A stretch of 63,430 nt of DNA, the filler included, from Dirinaria sp. TL-2023a (taxonomy: Eukaryota), in NCBI GenBank assembly GCA_051941275.1. It is 19 parts of 19 records of this genome, joined end to end, with 100 filler letters (N's around TTAATTAATTAA, not from the genome) between each part and the next. Parts side by side here need not be neighbours in the genome. Positions count along the whole stretch, not along the records: positions 1 to 3,271 come from JAVEBF010002079.1; positions 3,372 to 6,641 come from JAVEBF010002080.1; positions 6,742 to 10,010 come from JAVEBF010002081.1; positions 10,111 to 13,377 come from JAVEBF010002082.1; 15 more parts are not named here. One strand, 5' to 3'. Shown piece after piece: positions 1-11,664 of this stretch. Made by a program: the position numbers and the translations under genes. Position 1 is the first letter of the stretch; each line of letters opens with the position of its first letter. The notes under the pieces are model-generated. The model ran no database searches and was not told the origin of the DNA. It saw only the letters and a program-made list of their open reading frames with translations.

Positions 1-1202
1 CAACCTCCAATGTTAATACGACATCTGTCATTATCGCTACCCGCTTCAATATATGAAAGGAAGTTACCTAAACACACGACTGACGATAACAGCCTTTTGA
101 CCAGTAGATCCCAGACAACGCGTGATCCTCATGGGGGTCAAAATTGGAAAGGAGCTTCTCGGTCTTTGACAGCCCGAGCGCCGGAGAATTTTTATTGGGT
201 GGGTCGGCTGACTTAGGGATTCATAGCGATCTAAGGTACCTTACCCATGTCTCAGACTTTCAGTATGATGAATTTCGGGTATACCCGCCCTGGGGGCCGT
301 ATCTCGAACACACTAGGGAGCTATGTGTAGCGAGGTTGTGCGGCGCAGCTTGTTGGTACCTGCCCATCCCATGTACCATCAATAGTAGTATCTATCATAC
401 TTTTTTTCAATTTTTCACGAAAGAATAAAAGTTAGTGCCACTGCCGCTACACTATCCTACGCTACTGACACACCACCTCCCCACACCAGGTTAAGCTTCT
501 CACATGGTAATGCATTGACAGGTGTGATGGGTCAGGTTAAAGTATAATCACTTCTCTACTTCGACGTCTTCCGAATTTTGAGGAAAACAGTTTAACGATG
601 TGACGATGGACTGATCCACCATGAAAGTGCCTCTGTCAAATAGGCAAATTGTTCAAGTCTAGGAATCTTAGTGAAAATATGAGAGAGGCATTGATAGATG
701 AAAATGAGTAGTGGGCAGGGGATGTATGGCAGCAGAGCAAGGTGGTGTGGCCACAGTGGACCCAGCATTCAATGATCAAAACGCGATCGAGTTGGGACCC
801 CACGTTATACGACCGGTAAAAAGTGGTCTTTGGTTTTTACAATACTATGCTTCGCTCACGCATCGCACTAATTAACATCCTTCATGGAAAGGTCGAACAG
901 CTCTGCAGTACCGGCTTCGATGCTATCCTAGCAAACATAATTTTCGCATTTCAAGGAGTAAACCAATAGTCCGGTCTCGCAGTGACTCTATTCCTGAGTC
1001 CTTCAGATAAATTAGATGGCATGCACGGTTCTTTCCAAGTCTTTAGTAAGTAATTAAGCTCGCACATATCTAATATTCATAGAAATCAAAGCCCGCACGC
1101 CACGCATGCATGCACGCATAAAGGCCCTCAAATCCACCTCTACCAGTAACAAGCTTCGGGAACAGTTGATTCTCTCGATGAGAAATTGGACCCGACACTC
1201 TC

Positions 1203-1943
1203 CTAGTACATTCTCCTTCTTCTACTATACGCACCCCCACGTAGGGCCCAACGCCCTGCTCTACCAGATGGTCTCATCCGTCGTTGTGCTGATCTCGCTT
1301 CATAGTTATCGAAGTCTTGTCTATCGTCGAAATGATCCCCTTCTCCTGCTTCGGCACTGCTAAGGTTATACCCATCTTCCTCGCCAGGAGGAGGAGGAGG
1401 TGGCGGTGGTGCTGCAGGTGCGGCCGCGGGTCCCGGTGCTCCATTAGCTCCGCCTCTCTGCTGCTCGTCTTCCCTGACCCATCCGAAAAATCTCATTTCT
1501 GCCTCCTGGTTCTGCCTCTTTCTGCTAAACTCTCGTCGGAAGTCAGACCTTGAATCCTCGTTGATGCGGCTCGGGTTCAGGTACTCGCGGCCGGTGCAGG
1601 GATCGCACTCCTTGATTGGGTACAGGTACTCGCCGCTGGAGCACTCGGGCTTCCACTCTATGATTTCCATGTTATCGAAATAGGAAGGTATAAACCCTGC
1701 CATTAACATCCAGTGGTCCGGGTCGTTGCGGAAGAGCGGGATTTTGCGGTCCAAAATCATCTGTCTGTTCCTGGAGCCCAAGCCAACGATCATGAGAGCA
1801 TTTAGCCGTTTTCTCTGTTTCCTGGTGTCACGCCAGTACCATTCGCTCCATCCGCGTCTTGATGGCGTTGCTTGCTGTCTGCCGTTGCGGTCGCTGTGGC
1901 GGTGCGGCCGATTGCTAGGTCCATCACGCGGGACGCCGTCCAT
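1203..1943 (-). CDS. Hypothetical 246-aa protein, Arg/Gly-rich with poly-Pro tract
   Basis: ATG-initiated, uninterrupted, GC-richer than its flanks; TATATA about 40 nt upstream (1981-1986). No family recognised. Confidence 0.45.
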   Translation of the reverse strand: MDGVPRDGPSNRPHRHSDRNGRQQATPSRRGWSEWYWRDTRKQRKRLNALMIVGLGSRNRQMILDRKIPLFRNDPDHWMLMAGFIPSYFDNMEIIEWKPECSSGEYLYPIKECDPCTGREYLNPSRINEDSRSDFRREFSRKRQNQEAEMRFFGWVREDEQQRGGANGAPGPAAAPAAPPPPPPPPGEEDGYNLSSAEAGEGDHFDDRQDFDNYEARSAQRRMRPSGRAGRWALRGGAYSRRRRMY

Positions 1944-3271
1944 GGTAGTTTTTTAGTAAGCTGTTCTCCTGAATTTGCGATATATAAGCCAAAGCAGGAT
2001 TTGCTGTGCTTGAGACCTGTGTGAACTTTTACTGAGACAAGAGGATTGTGAGCACACTCTTTGTACTTCTTGTTCTCAGTGCAGGAAGAGAACGAGGAGA
2101 GAAAGCAGGACAGCTTTTAAGTAACGGAGATGCTCTGGTGAATTGGAGGAGTATGAAAAGTAGAACCTTCTACTGGCTGACTCACAGTTGTACGAAAGAA
2201 GACACATGGAGCGGTACCACTTTTCATCAAGGAGTCTTGCCTTAGGTCTTCATTTAGGAAAACTCCGAAGACGACTAATTTTCGAGGTCTCACGGCGTAA
2301 TCCAGTTATGAACCCTCAGTACAAGGTCATACAGAGTATCCTTCCTTGACCTGACTATACTTATCTCCAATGAATGGTCAATGTACACTTGCAAGCAGCC
2401 GATATAAGGATGGAGGACATGATTCATACACGGTCAACCCAATCCATTGGACTGTCCCTATGAGCAAACCCATCAACAAGGAATGATGTTAAAGAAGGTA
2501 ATAATAGCGAGGTCACATTGTATCTACCCAGCATCGTCATCCACAAAAAAAAGAAGGGCAATGCAAAAACCCCTTTACGCAGTTTAAATCCTCGGATGAG
2601 TTGAACGAGCTTCAACGAAACACCCTCTAAGTCTTACCTGATTATCTATAAGTTACAAATTCAAGAAACTCCCCCTCCAAAAACTCGATGGGGCTTCAAA
2701 ACTAGCGGTATGAAAGACGGTGCATGATTTAGCAGATCCGAGATAATTTATCATCATGGCATAGCTTCTGCGTATCGGTTGTCTCTCGCTAGGAAGCTTC
2801 ATTGATAATCTCTCGGCACAACATAAGCAGGTGTACTTCGCTGAAGCTCACATATGAGTCGGTTCTTGGGTTCATGATTCTCTTGTTGACCATATTTCCT
2901 CTATCATGATACACTGAAGAAGAAACGCACATTTATTTGAAAAAGTTTGTGAATCTGCCAGGTAGTGATTGAAGCTCATCAGAACATTTCTACTACCAAT
3001 CACACGAATCAAACAGAAGCTCGTGCAGGGGAAACTTCAACCACGATTAGCTAATTTTCAGGAAAAATTGACTTCAATATTACAACCTCGAGCTGGAAGC
3101 AAAATTTTTCATGTGCCTCAACAAGAAAGTAACTACCACACATTAAATACAAAAAAGCGTGCCACGCATGTCTCAGTATCTCACTCACATCAAGCTCTTG
3201 AAAACAGTCGTATTCGAACTCAATAACAAAAGTCATTCTTGACGATAAATAAAAAACGAATGGCTATATAT

Positions 3272-3371
3272 NNNNNNNNNNNNNNNNNNNNNNNNNNNNN
3301 NNNNNNNNNNNNNNNTTAATTAATTAANNNNNNNNNNNNNNNNNNNNNNNNNNNNNNNNNNNNNNNNNNNN
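3272..3371. other. Artificial contig spacer (N44 + TTAATTAATTAA + N44), first of 18
   Basis: Same 100-bp spacer at 3272, 6642, 10011, 13378, 16745, 20110, 23471, 26825, 30179, 33531, 36871, 40208, 43545, 46879, 50211, 53532, 56835 and 60138. TTAATTAATTAA gives stops in all six frames. Contig lengths run in descending order from 3271 to 3193 bp. Confidence 0.99.
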
Positions 3372-3821
3372 TCCAAGAGATTAAAACTTCGTGGTGAAAA
3401 TTTACTACCAATACGTTGTGGCAGAAATGGAAATTCGGGGCAAGGAATTTCTGAAACCCTCACAGATCGGTACTGGTTTGTTTAGGCTCCATACGAGAGC
3501 AACAGCCCGCAAGTCGTCCTCGGCCGAGGAATACAACACTTCATAGAACCATTAAGTCTGCCATCAAAGGTCTCCGGCTCTCGTCAACTACAGGCTCCAC
3601 TGTTCGTCAGTCCGACGTATCAAGCTATGCGAGATTACATCGATGCCTCCAGTAGGCTTTCCATCATGCTCTGATAGCATCGGATCGATCTCGGAATACC
3701 TGCAAGGTTGGTTCGTGTCTGCTTTCTTAGTCAGCAGACCTGCAGATATTTCCTAGCCGCGTGAACCGATCCACCCTGATCATCGACACCTACTTTTTAT
3801 CTCCAAGGTCTGCAAGACAGC

Positions 3822-3842
3822 CGGATAATGCGGAGATAACGG
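3822..3842 (+). promoter_or_regulatory. Triple CGG-N6-CGG-N6-CGG direct repeat, candidate Zn2Cys6 factor site
   Basis: CGGATAATG CGGAGATAA CGG: CGG at 3822, 3831 and 3840, about 45 bp upstream of the TATA box of the MFS gene. Confidence 0.5.
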
Positions 3843-3884
3843 AGACTAGCAGGAGATCGAGGGGTCATTGCTGAGCTGCCTACC

Positions 3885-3890
3885 TATAAA
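3885..3890 (+). promoter_or_regulatory. TATA box of the MFS transporter gene
   Basis: TATAAA followed by a CT-rich tract, about 130 bp before the ATG at 4016. Confidence 0.55.
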
Positions 3891-4015
3891 TAATATGGCG
3901 GTCCCCCAATTCTCCTTTTCCCTTCCTAGTATCGTCACTGAGAGCCTTCCTACTCACTCCACCATATAAGTAGGCAAAAATATATTTGAAATATCTTCAC
4001 TCGCCCTCTGGAAAG

Positions 4016-5599
4016 ATGGCAACTCCGCAAGATGACGAGAAGCGTGGCCCAGAAACTCCAGCACCTCCAGGCCGGGTCACGCATTGGAGAATGGTCTTTG
4101 ACCCCGGTCACTGCACTCCCGCAGTCCAAGCTCATACATACGAGGGCGAGGGGACCAAAGATAACCCCTTCGTCGTCAGCTGGCTAGATCTCGACACCCG
4201 CAACCCCTACAATTGGCCAATTACAAAGAAGGCTCTTATAACATGCTGTATCTCTGCCTCCTCGCTCGCAGCCTCGCTGAGCTCCTCCGCATACACTGGC
4301 TCCACCGACCAAGTCGAGCAACATTTTCACGTGGGCACAGAAGTCGCAACACTCGGGCTTTCACTCTTCGTCCTCGGCTTCGCCGTTGGTCCCATCTTTT
4401 TTGCACCGTTGTCCGAACTTTACGGTCGCCAACCCGTTTTTATAAGCACTTACGGAACTCTTGCAATTTTTAATTCGGGTGCTGCAGGAGCTGGGAATAT
4501 TCAGACGTTGCTCGTCCTTCGCTTTTTTGCGGGAGTGTTTGGCTCATCACCGCTCACCAACGCTGGGGCCCAGATCGCAGACATGTACGGACCTAGACTT
4601 GTTGGACTCGCCATGAGTCTCTTTGTCGTGGCACCATTCATCGGACCAGCTTTGGGTCCAATCATTGGGGGATACATAGGAGAGACAGTCGGGTGGAGAT
4701 GGGTGGAAGGATTTTTGGCAGCTTTCACGGGAGCAATATGGCTGCTCGGTGTCATTTTCATCCCCGAGACCTATGCACCGGTTCTATTACGAAAACGAGC
4801 GCATAGACTTTCCAGTTCTTCGAACGGTAAAATTTTCCAAAGCAAGCTCGAGATTGAAAACGGCAGCACATCCGCGAAAGAAGTTTTCCGACGTTCTCTT
4901 GGTAGGCCTTGGCTCCTTTTGTTCATGGAGCCCATCGTCCTCTTCTTATCAATTTACATGGCCCTTATCTACGGCACGCTCTACATGTTCTTTGCAGCTT
5001 TCCCAATCGTATATCAAGAGAAACGTGGCTGGTCGGAGGGTCTTGGAGGGCTCGCATTCATAGGTGTAGGTCTTGGTATGGTCCTAGGCGTAGTCTATGC
5101 AGTACCCGAGAACTTTCGCTACCAAGCAGTCCTCGCGAGAGCCGCTGGCAGCCCTGTGCCGCCAGAGGAGAGATTGCGGCCTGCAATGGTAGGCACCCCT
5201 TGGATCCCTACCGCGCTGTTCTGGTTTGCCTGGACTAATTACCCAAACTTGCCTCCCTACGCGTCCATTGCGGCTGGGATCCCTTTTGGATTTGGCATGG
5301 TCATCGTATACCTATCAATCACGAATTACCTTGTCGGTAGCTACACCATTTTCAGCGCCTCCGCCCTTGCTGCGAACTCAGTACTGCGGTCACTCTTCGG
5401 ATTCGCCTTTCCTCTTTTCGCGGCACCCATGTATCGCAATCTAGGCATCCATTGGGCAAGCTGCATCCCAGCGTTCCTAGCATTAGTGTGCGTGCCGTTT
5501 CCTTTTGTTCTATTCAGATACGGATCCGTGATTCGCAAAAGATGCAAATATGCCGCTGAAGCAGAGCGGCTCAGGCTGATGGTGCATGAACGGCGTTGA
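4016..5599 (+). CDS. MFS drug:H+ antiporter, DHA1 family (Flr1/Tpo1/Mdr1-like), intronless
   Basis: Motifs DTRNPYNWP, LSLFVLGFAVGP..APLSELYGR, LRFFAGVFGS, GPALGPIIGG, PETYAPVLL, EPIV, PEERL, SALAANSVLRSLFGFAFPLF; about 12 hydrophobic segments. First ATG at 4016 (the ORF track starts at a TTG). Confidence 0.93.
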   Translation: MATPQDDEKRGPETPAPPGRVTHWRMVFDPGHCTPAVQAHTYEGEGTKDNPFVVSWLDLDTRNPYNWPITKKALITCCISASSLAASLSSSAYTGSTDQVEQHFHVGTEVATLGLSLFVLGFAVGPIFFAPLSELYGRQPVFISTYGTLAIFNSGAAGAGNIQTLLVLRFFAGVFGSSPLTNAGAQIADMYGPRLVGLAMSLFVVAPFIGPALGPIIGGYIGETVGWRWVEGFLAAFTGAIWLLGVIFIPETYAPVLLRKRAHRLSSSSNGKIFQSKLEIENGSTSAKEVFRRSLGRPWLLLFMEPIVLFLSIYMALIYGTLYMFFAAFPIVYQEKRGWSEGLGGLAFIGVGLGMVLGVVYAVPENFRYQAVLARAAGSPVPPEERLRPAMVGTPWIPTALFWFAWTNYPNLPPYASIAAGIPFGFGMVIVYLSITNYLVGSYTIFSASALAANSVLRSLFGFAFPLFAAPMYRNLGIHWASCIPAFLALVCVPFPFVLFRYGSVIRKRCKYAAEAERLRLMVHERR

Positions 5600-7958
5600 A
5601 AAGAGCCGTTCACATAGGTGAGTACTACGTCGGTTTCTCAGTCGATGGGGATTTCTTTCCGATATCGAGCTCTTACTTGACAGGCCATGACCACCATGTC
5701 TTACCACATTGCAGAGCGAAGCATAACTTATCATATGTACAATAGTATGACTCAGGATGTCATTCCAATCAAGGAGTCTCACTATCAAATGAAGCGAGGC
5801 AGACGGATCGAAACAGCTTCTTCATCTCAGATAATAGATGCCAGCTGAACATTCTGCCTTATTGCAGAGCGGCATTAGCTTCAATTGGTGATCGTGTGAG
5901 ATATACGCATCTCCGCTGAAATTTCTATTCTCGTGGTTAGAAGTTGGCGATGGACAAGGGCACGTACCCTACTCTACAATGTACTTCGTCGTTGAGTTGG
6001 GACTACTGGGACGCTTAAGCTTCCAACACGCCACCGGCTGCCCTTTTACACTAATGGATTGCAGTCTCTAGACTCCTGAACCACCTCCTGAGTCGTCTTT
6101 CTTCTACAGACAAAGAAGAGCCCAACACCTTTGGCCTACTAGGGATAGAGAAACCCCCGGTGCGGACATCTTGACTAGCTACGGGAATGAGTTCCTTGAC
6201 ACCGCGAAAAACCCCGCACGGCTTCTCAATCAAAAAATAGTCCTGGGTGCACCGTGATCTGCCCAGAAACCGAGCCTAGAGAGAATCAGTTCTTCCGCAG
6301 TTAGACAGTTAGACACTCTTGTCGTATCCCTATATTTTGCCTCTTACTTTCTAGCTTCTATACTTGATGACACCCCAGGTGGATATTGTTTGAATTTATG
6401 ACAAGAAAAGTCAAAACCGAAGCAGATTCGCGCCAACGAATACTGGGTACAGTTCAGCTGGATTGATTTGCAACGCCGCTGATTAAACTTTGGATTATCG
6501 AATTGAAAGAGTAAGGTAAATACTACTAAAGGTAGATTAGACGCCACGGAGAAGGTCTTACACTCATCCTGTCTTTGGAAACCTTGTTGCTCTGGTACTA
6601 CTTAATAGATCTGCAAGAATCTTGAAATCCTTCAGATACGGNNNNNNNNNNNNNNNNNNNNNNNNNNNNNNNNNNNNNNNNNNNNTTAATTAATTAANNN
6701 NNNNNNNNNNNNNNNNNNNNNNNNNNNNNNNNNNNNNNNNNGAGTGATTGCATCTAATTCCCTTGTTTGTTTGTTCCCCCCCCCCTTTCGCACGGAAAAA
6801 TTAAAAGAAAGTAAAAACGAAGAGAAGAAGGAGAAAGAAAAAAGAAGGAGAAGTAAAAAGACGTGATCACCGCCAGGCGAACTTTCTGTTCCATCAACTG
6901 AACGAAACAGGGAAACGCACAGAGTAACAAATTAAATTCCTTCCATTAACAGAAGATGCGTTTTTCGTTTTTCGATGAGAAAAGAACGAGTTTAAATATA
7001 TTTTCAAGTTCATTCAGCAGAATAGTGGAGATAATGAAGAAGGCCGGTTCCTTTTTTCACTCTTTTTTTTGTGTTTTTTTCTTTGGAGGGTGAGGGTTTC
7101 AAGGTTTTGTTGTGTTTTCGTTGGTTGAAAATGAAGGCCAGAGGGAATGGGAACGATGATCTAAGGAGAGGAGGGGCTATTTTTGGGGGAATAGGGAGGG
7201 GAAGGGGAAAGAGAGGATGGGAGCGGACAGCTTTGCTTTTTGATTTGTATTTTTGGGGGAAGGGGAAATAGATCGTGAGGGGTGGAGAAGGATTTCATTT
7301 CTTTGCTTTTTTTTTTTGTTGTGGAGGGATACCTTCTAGTTTGCACAGGGCATGAATGGTAAACTTGCAATTTGGTAACTCATAACCGCCTTTCTCCAAG
7401 TCAAGCAGGGTTAACTAACCGATTATGAGAGGGTCGCCTTCCTTTCTTCCTTTACCCTTTTTTTCTTCCTTATGGTCTATCCATCTCAAGCAAGGTTCCT
7501 CGATTATTACACCCTCGCCGACAAAGTCTCGATACTCGCAGCTCGATCTTCACCTGTAGAAGGCAACATACTTCTCTTCGACCTACGATAAGGGTCACTC
7601 CATGCATGAGGAATTTCCGGGAACGAACTTTAGTACAAGAATCCTAGACATTCTGGTTCGGCGTGCAATTGCTGGTCCTTCGACGCGAGAATTTTCATTG
7701 GACATAGGATGGTTGTTTGGTTCAGGAATTAGGACAATTATTATTCGAAAAATCTTTTACTGATCACGAGCGCGAGAAAGAACACTTTGCTTTATTCTCG
7801 AAATTTCGTCCTGTACAGGGCTTTCAACCTCATCCAATCGGAATCCATGACCCGTTTGCTGGAACAAGTGATCTCATCAGCTAGGTGAAGACCAAGGGAT
7901 AGAGGAAACAAGACTTCAAATAGGCGCAGAACCGTGTGGGCCCTAGAAGATAGATAGA

Positions 7959-9671
7959 CTAGTATGGAGGAATATTTGAAGGATCCCAAGGCCGATATTT
8001 TCGTTCCCGTTCGGAGAATGGCCTTTTCCCGTCTCGTTCGCTGTCGTAACTGGATCCCATGACCTCTTGTTCCATAATCGCCTCATACTCAGGAGACCAG
8101 CTCAAAAGGACATGAAGCTTTCGCAGCCCGCTTAAATGAGTTTTCAATGGTTTCAGTATTTCATTGTAGGCGGGTTTTGCCCAGTCGGGATTTCTGTCTT
8201 CGGGCTCCCAGTAGAAATGCAAGCTACCTGCATTGATGGTAAGGCAAACCTTTGAGACATCTAACAGATGACTGATGGTTTGTGCGAAGGCATTCCACGA
8301 TCTCGAAGCTTTGCTCCCTTGTTCCCTCATCAATGCTATCAGGCCGTGACCGAAAACAACCTCGATTGTCCTGAACCATGGATAGGCTTTGACCGGTAAT
8401 CGGTCTAGCCATTGGCGCTCGCCGTCGAAATCATCGACGGCATCGTCGGGGTTATCTGCCCCGAATATGAATCGATTCCTCGAGAAGTATACCTCAAATG
8501 CATCACTATAGAAGCGACGGTTGACTGAGAAGAGCTCCAGCGGTACTTTATAACAATCACATTTGGTCGAGAATGCCGCCGCTCTAAGCGACCAACAGCA
8601 ACATACGGCCAAAGCGTCGGAGCACTGGGTGCAACATTTACGTTCCGAATACTGGATTCGACCGTTTACGACAGATAGTCCACGTCTACTCCTATAGCGC
8701 TTCAATTCGTACACTAGATTGGTGTAGGAAAGGATCTTCAGGCGAATCTCTTTCGGCAAGTCATCGAATGAGCCATGAAGGCCTGTGACGGACTTTCGAT
8801 TATGTAAATGGAGCAAGCTCTTTTTCGCTATCGTTTTGAAGGCATCACGCTCCAGATAAGGATATCCAAAATGTATGGCGCAAGTCCTCAGAGTAGGCAG
8901 CGCTGCCAACGGCTCGACAATAGCTCGCGCAATGTTCTTATCATTGGTCGTGCAACTTATGCTGAGGTGGAGTTGAGAGGCAGAAATTCGGCTGTGAATG
9001 AGATTGCACACTTCTTTCCATTTGCGTATTAATTCTTCACTTGTGTTATTCTCGCGCTGCAATGTCTGCGGTGGCACCTCGCCCAGCAAGTAGTTGTGGG
9101 GTTGAATGGCTTGGTGTGAAGGGAAGATACGATCGTTGGGGGTATGCAGCATGTATCCAGAACTTCGGCATTGAAATCGTACATCTTCTATGGAAGGGTA
9201 CCAGTCAGGAGCTTCGCCCTCGTGCCAAAGCCCGTCCATTCTTTCTCCAGCAGTTAAGCCGATATGAATCGACTTCATCGAGCGCCAAGCGTGAGGACTT
9301 AACCGGAAGATCACCTCTAGATGACCTGGAGACTTCTTTGGAAAAGGGCTCACTGAGAATTTGTTACGTCCGTAGAGGAGTTGCTCAACCTCGTCGTGGA
9401 TTGCCTTGGATACGAGGAGTAGCTGCAGCGGCAGCGGGAGGCATAAGCAATCGAGCATTTCTGGATTTGGTACGTCATCCTCTTGTCGCTGTCTTTCATA
9501 GTACCTGCACGTATATGGTTCGCCTCTAATGCCGTTGGCTCTTAACGCTCTCCAGCCTTCTTTTGCAAGGTTTATGGGACATGGACGTGTTAGGTGGCTA
9601 AGTTGGTAGATTTCAATTCTGACATTTATTGGAAGGCTGAGGAACGATACGGGCGATTTGATCGACGCCAT
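7959..9671 (-). CDS. Fungal protein with two F-box-like modules and a Cys-rich insert (570 aa)
   Basis: FLSLPINVRIEIY ... LLLVSKAIHDEVEQLLYGRNKF, repeated as FDDLPKEIRLKILSY ... LFSVNRRFYSDAFEVYFSRNRF; CCTQCSDALAVCCC...CDC; uninterrupted ORF. Confidence 0.75.
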   Translation of the reverse strand: MASIKSPVSFLSLPINVRIEIYQLSHLTRPCPINLAKEGWRALRANGIRGEPYTCRYYERQRQEDDVPNPEMLDCLCLPLPLQLLLVSKAIHDEVEQLLYGRNKFSVSPFPKKSPGHLEVIFRLSPHAWRSMKSIHIGLTAGERMDGLWHEGEAPDWYPSIEDVRFQCRSSGYMLHTPNDRIFPSHQAIQPHNYLLGEVPPQTLQRENNTSEELIRKWKEVCNLIHSRISASQLHLSISCTTNDKNIARAIVEPLAALPTLRTCAIHFGYPYLERDAFKTIAKKSLLHLHNRKSVTGLHGSFDDLPKEIRLKILSYTNLVYELKRYRSRRGLSVVNGRIQYSERKCCTQCSDALAVCCCWSLRAAAFSTKCDCYKVPLELFSVNRRFYSDAFEVYFSRNRFIFGADNPDDAVDDFDGERQWLDRLPVKAYPWFRTIEVVFGHGLIALMREQGSKASRSWNAFAQTISHLLDVSKVCLTINAGSLHFYWEPEDRNPDWAKPAYNEILKPLKTHLSGLRKLHVLLSWSPEYEAIMEQEVMGSSYDSERDGKRPFSERERKYRPWDPSNIPPY

Positions 9672-10110
9672 TGAATATTTCTTCTCTGTGGAATGCTTTT
9701 TAGAAGAGGCTCGAGGTTCGAGGAATCTTGTAGTTTGGAATATGAATTTGGCTCAGAATCCCTCAAGTCTAAGAAGCGGCCGAGGATCTGCCGGCCGGTA
9801 CTCCAGGAACGTATGATAATGTAGACAAGAGAGACCTACGATTTATAACCATGGAGGGAAGTACATATGGCACCGCGCCTGATTCAGAGCAGCAACACGC
9901 CGATCGTAAGAACGAAACGCTAATTACCCATACCTTAATTTAATGCTACAGTCGTAAGCTAGCGTTCATGCTCCGTCCAATGTTGTTTTGAAAGCCTTGC
10001 CACCCTTGCCNNNNNNNNNNNNNNNNNNNNNNNNNNNNNNNNNNNNNNNNNNNNTTAATTAATTAANNNNNNNNNNNNNNNNNNNNNNNNNNNNNNNNNN
10101 NNNNNNNNNN

Positions 10111-10366
10111 TCCCATCACTGCCCGCCGAGAACAGCGTTGCTCCGTCGCTGCTGAACGCTAGGCACCGACAGCTACCTTTATGCCGCCGCGTCTTCCATG
10201 CTGTCGTGATGCATCCTTGACCTGTGGAGGGGCTGGCCGAGGGCGGGAGACGTTCGATTTGCACATGCCCTGTTGCGAGACCGAGAGCCAGGAGTGGGGA
10301 GGTGGGATGGGGAGCTTGCGCGAAGAGCTCGGATTGCAGAGGGAGCGTGCAGATTGTTTCGAACAT
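10111..10366 (-). CDS. JIP5: WD-repeat ribosome biogenesis protein Jip5/WDR55, N-terminal part truncated by contig end
   Basis: [21 protein letters not shown]...LGLATGHV...[27 protein letters not shown] matches the fungal Jip5 N-terminus; ATG at 10366. Confidence 0.88.
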
Positions 10367-11625
10367 GGGATCGGGCTGGTTGGAGAGGGGGAGGGGGTTT
10401 TGTGACTTAGGGCTTTTTTTTTTTGGGTTATCTAAGCGAGGTTTAAGGGTTTTTGTGGGGCTGGTCATGAAACAGTGAGGTGGGTTTTATACGACACATT
10501 CGAGACAGGACGTTCAAATTTCTGAGTTCTGTGGCATTAATGCTGATTGGATTTGTATTATGGACATAAATCAAATGAAGTCACCTTACTTGAGAATACA
10601 TGGTCGACAGGAGCCTCCCTCGCACTCCAGTGTTATCCTCCACTGAGCCTAGGAGCCATCTGCTAACACAAAGTTTCCCAGCAGCCATTTCGTCCTGCTG
10701 TAAGCGATAAGACCAAGAACCAGACGCCTCAGTATTCATGTAAGTTTCATGTTCTGCAGCTCTGCTACCCAAGGTCTAGACATAGGTATTTGAAGGTTTT
10801 CTTTTCGGCCAGTGCCTGGCAGTTGAAGAGAATAAAATCTCGGTCATGGTACTGTATGCCAGGTGTGTTCCATTTCAACTAGCAGTAGCACATTGCCATC
10901 GGAAGCAACAGTCATGCGATATAGCAATCGGCGAAGGTCGTTCGATCGTCGGAATCGTCCGCCTTAATCTCTTTCAATTTTCGTGCAAGGTTCGAGCTGA
11001 ATGGCTTCGTAAGCCCACGAAAACGTTCTCGAGTAAAGTTGACCCGAATTCTCAAACAAGAAGACCAGATTATCCGCGGAGAGACTGCTTCCGACAACGC
11101 AATGCAAGTGCAGCGCGGATGCTGCACCAGAAAGATCAGATATTTCGGCCATCATAGCTTTTTCAAGGTACATTGCTGAGGGTCGAAGTTAGCATACTGA
11201 TCCAAAAGGTACAGTTCGTGCCAAGCCAGTCTGCCTCGCAAAAATGGATAATTGCCATTTTGAAGTTCGCATCAATTGAAAGGTATCAAAGGACTACTTC
11301 GAAATATCTTGTTGGTCTCCTAGTTAATCGTACAATATTTTGGGATTCGAGGTATCTGCCAGTACATAGCATAGGATAGGCATTATTCGAGCTGAATCGA
11401 GACTTGCCGATGCTGGCCAACACAAGAGCGCAAGGCTGCTTTAAGTGGTTAGGGACTTGTCGGCTATCGGGCCTGCAAGCGTTCAGGCAACCAATGCAGA
11501 CTAAATGACGGGCTGCTTCAAGGCGAAATCCGGCCCAGGATTAACCATGGTGTGGCTTGAAGGCTTGATATGGGCTCGATGGGCTAGCTGAAGCTTTTAG
11601 AACCTTGCTGATCATTTCTTCGCTG

Positions 11626-11664
11626 GCGCGTCGGTAACGCGTCAAAAAAGCATATTAGACGCGT
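11626..11664. promoter_or_regulatory. Cluster of MCB-like (ACGCGT) cell-cycle boxes
   Basis: GCGCGT at 11626, ACGCGT at 11637 and 11659, and another ACGCGT at 11839. No intact target gene identified. Confidence 0.35.
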
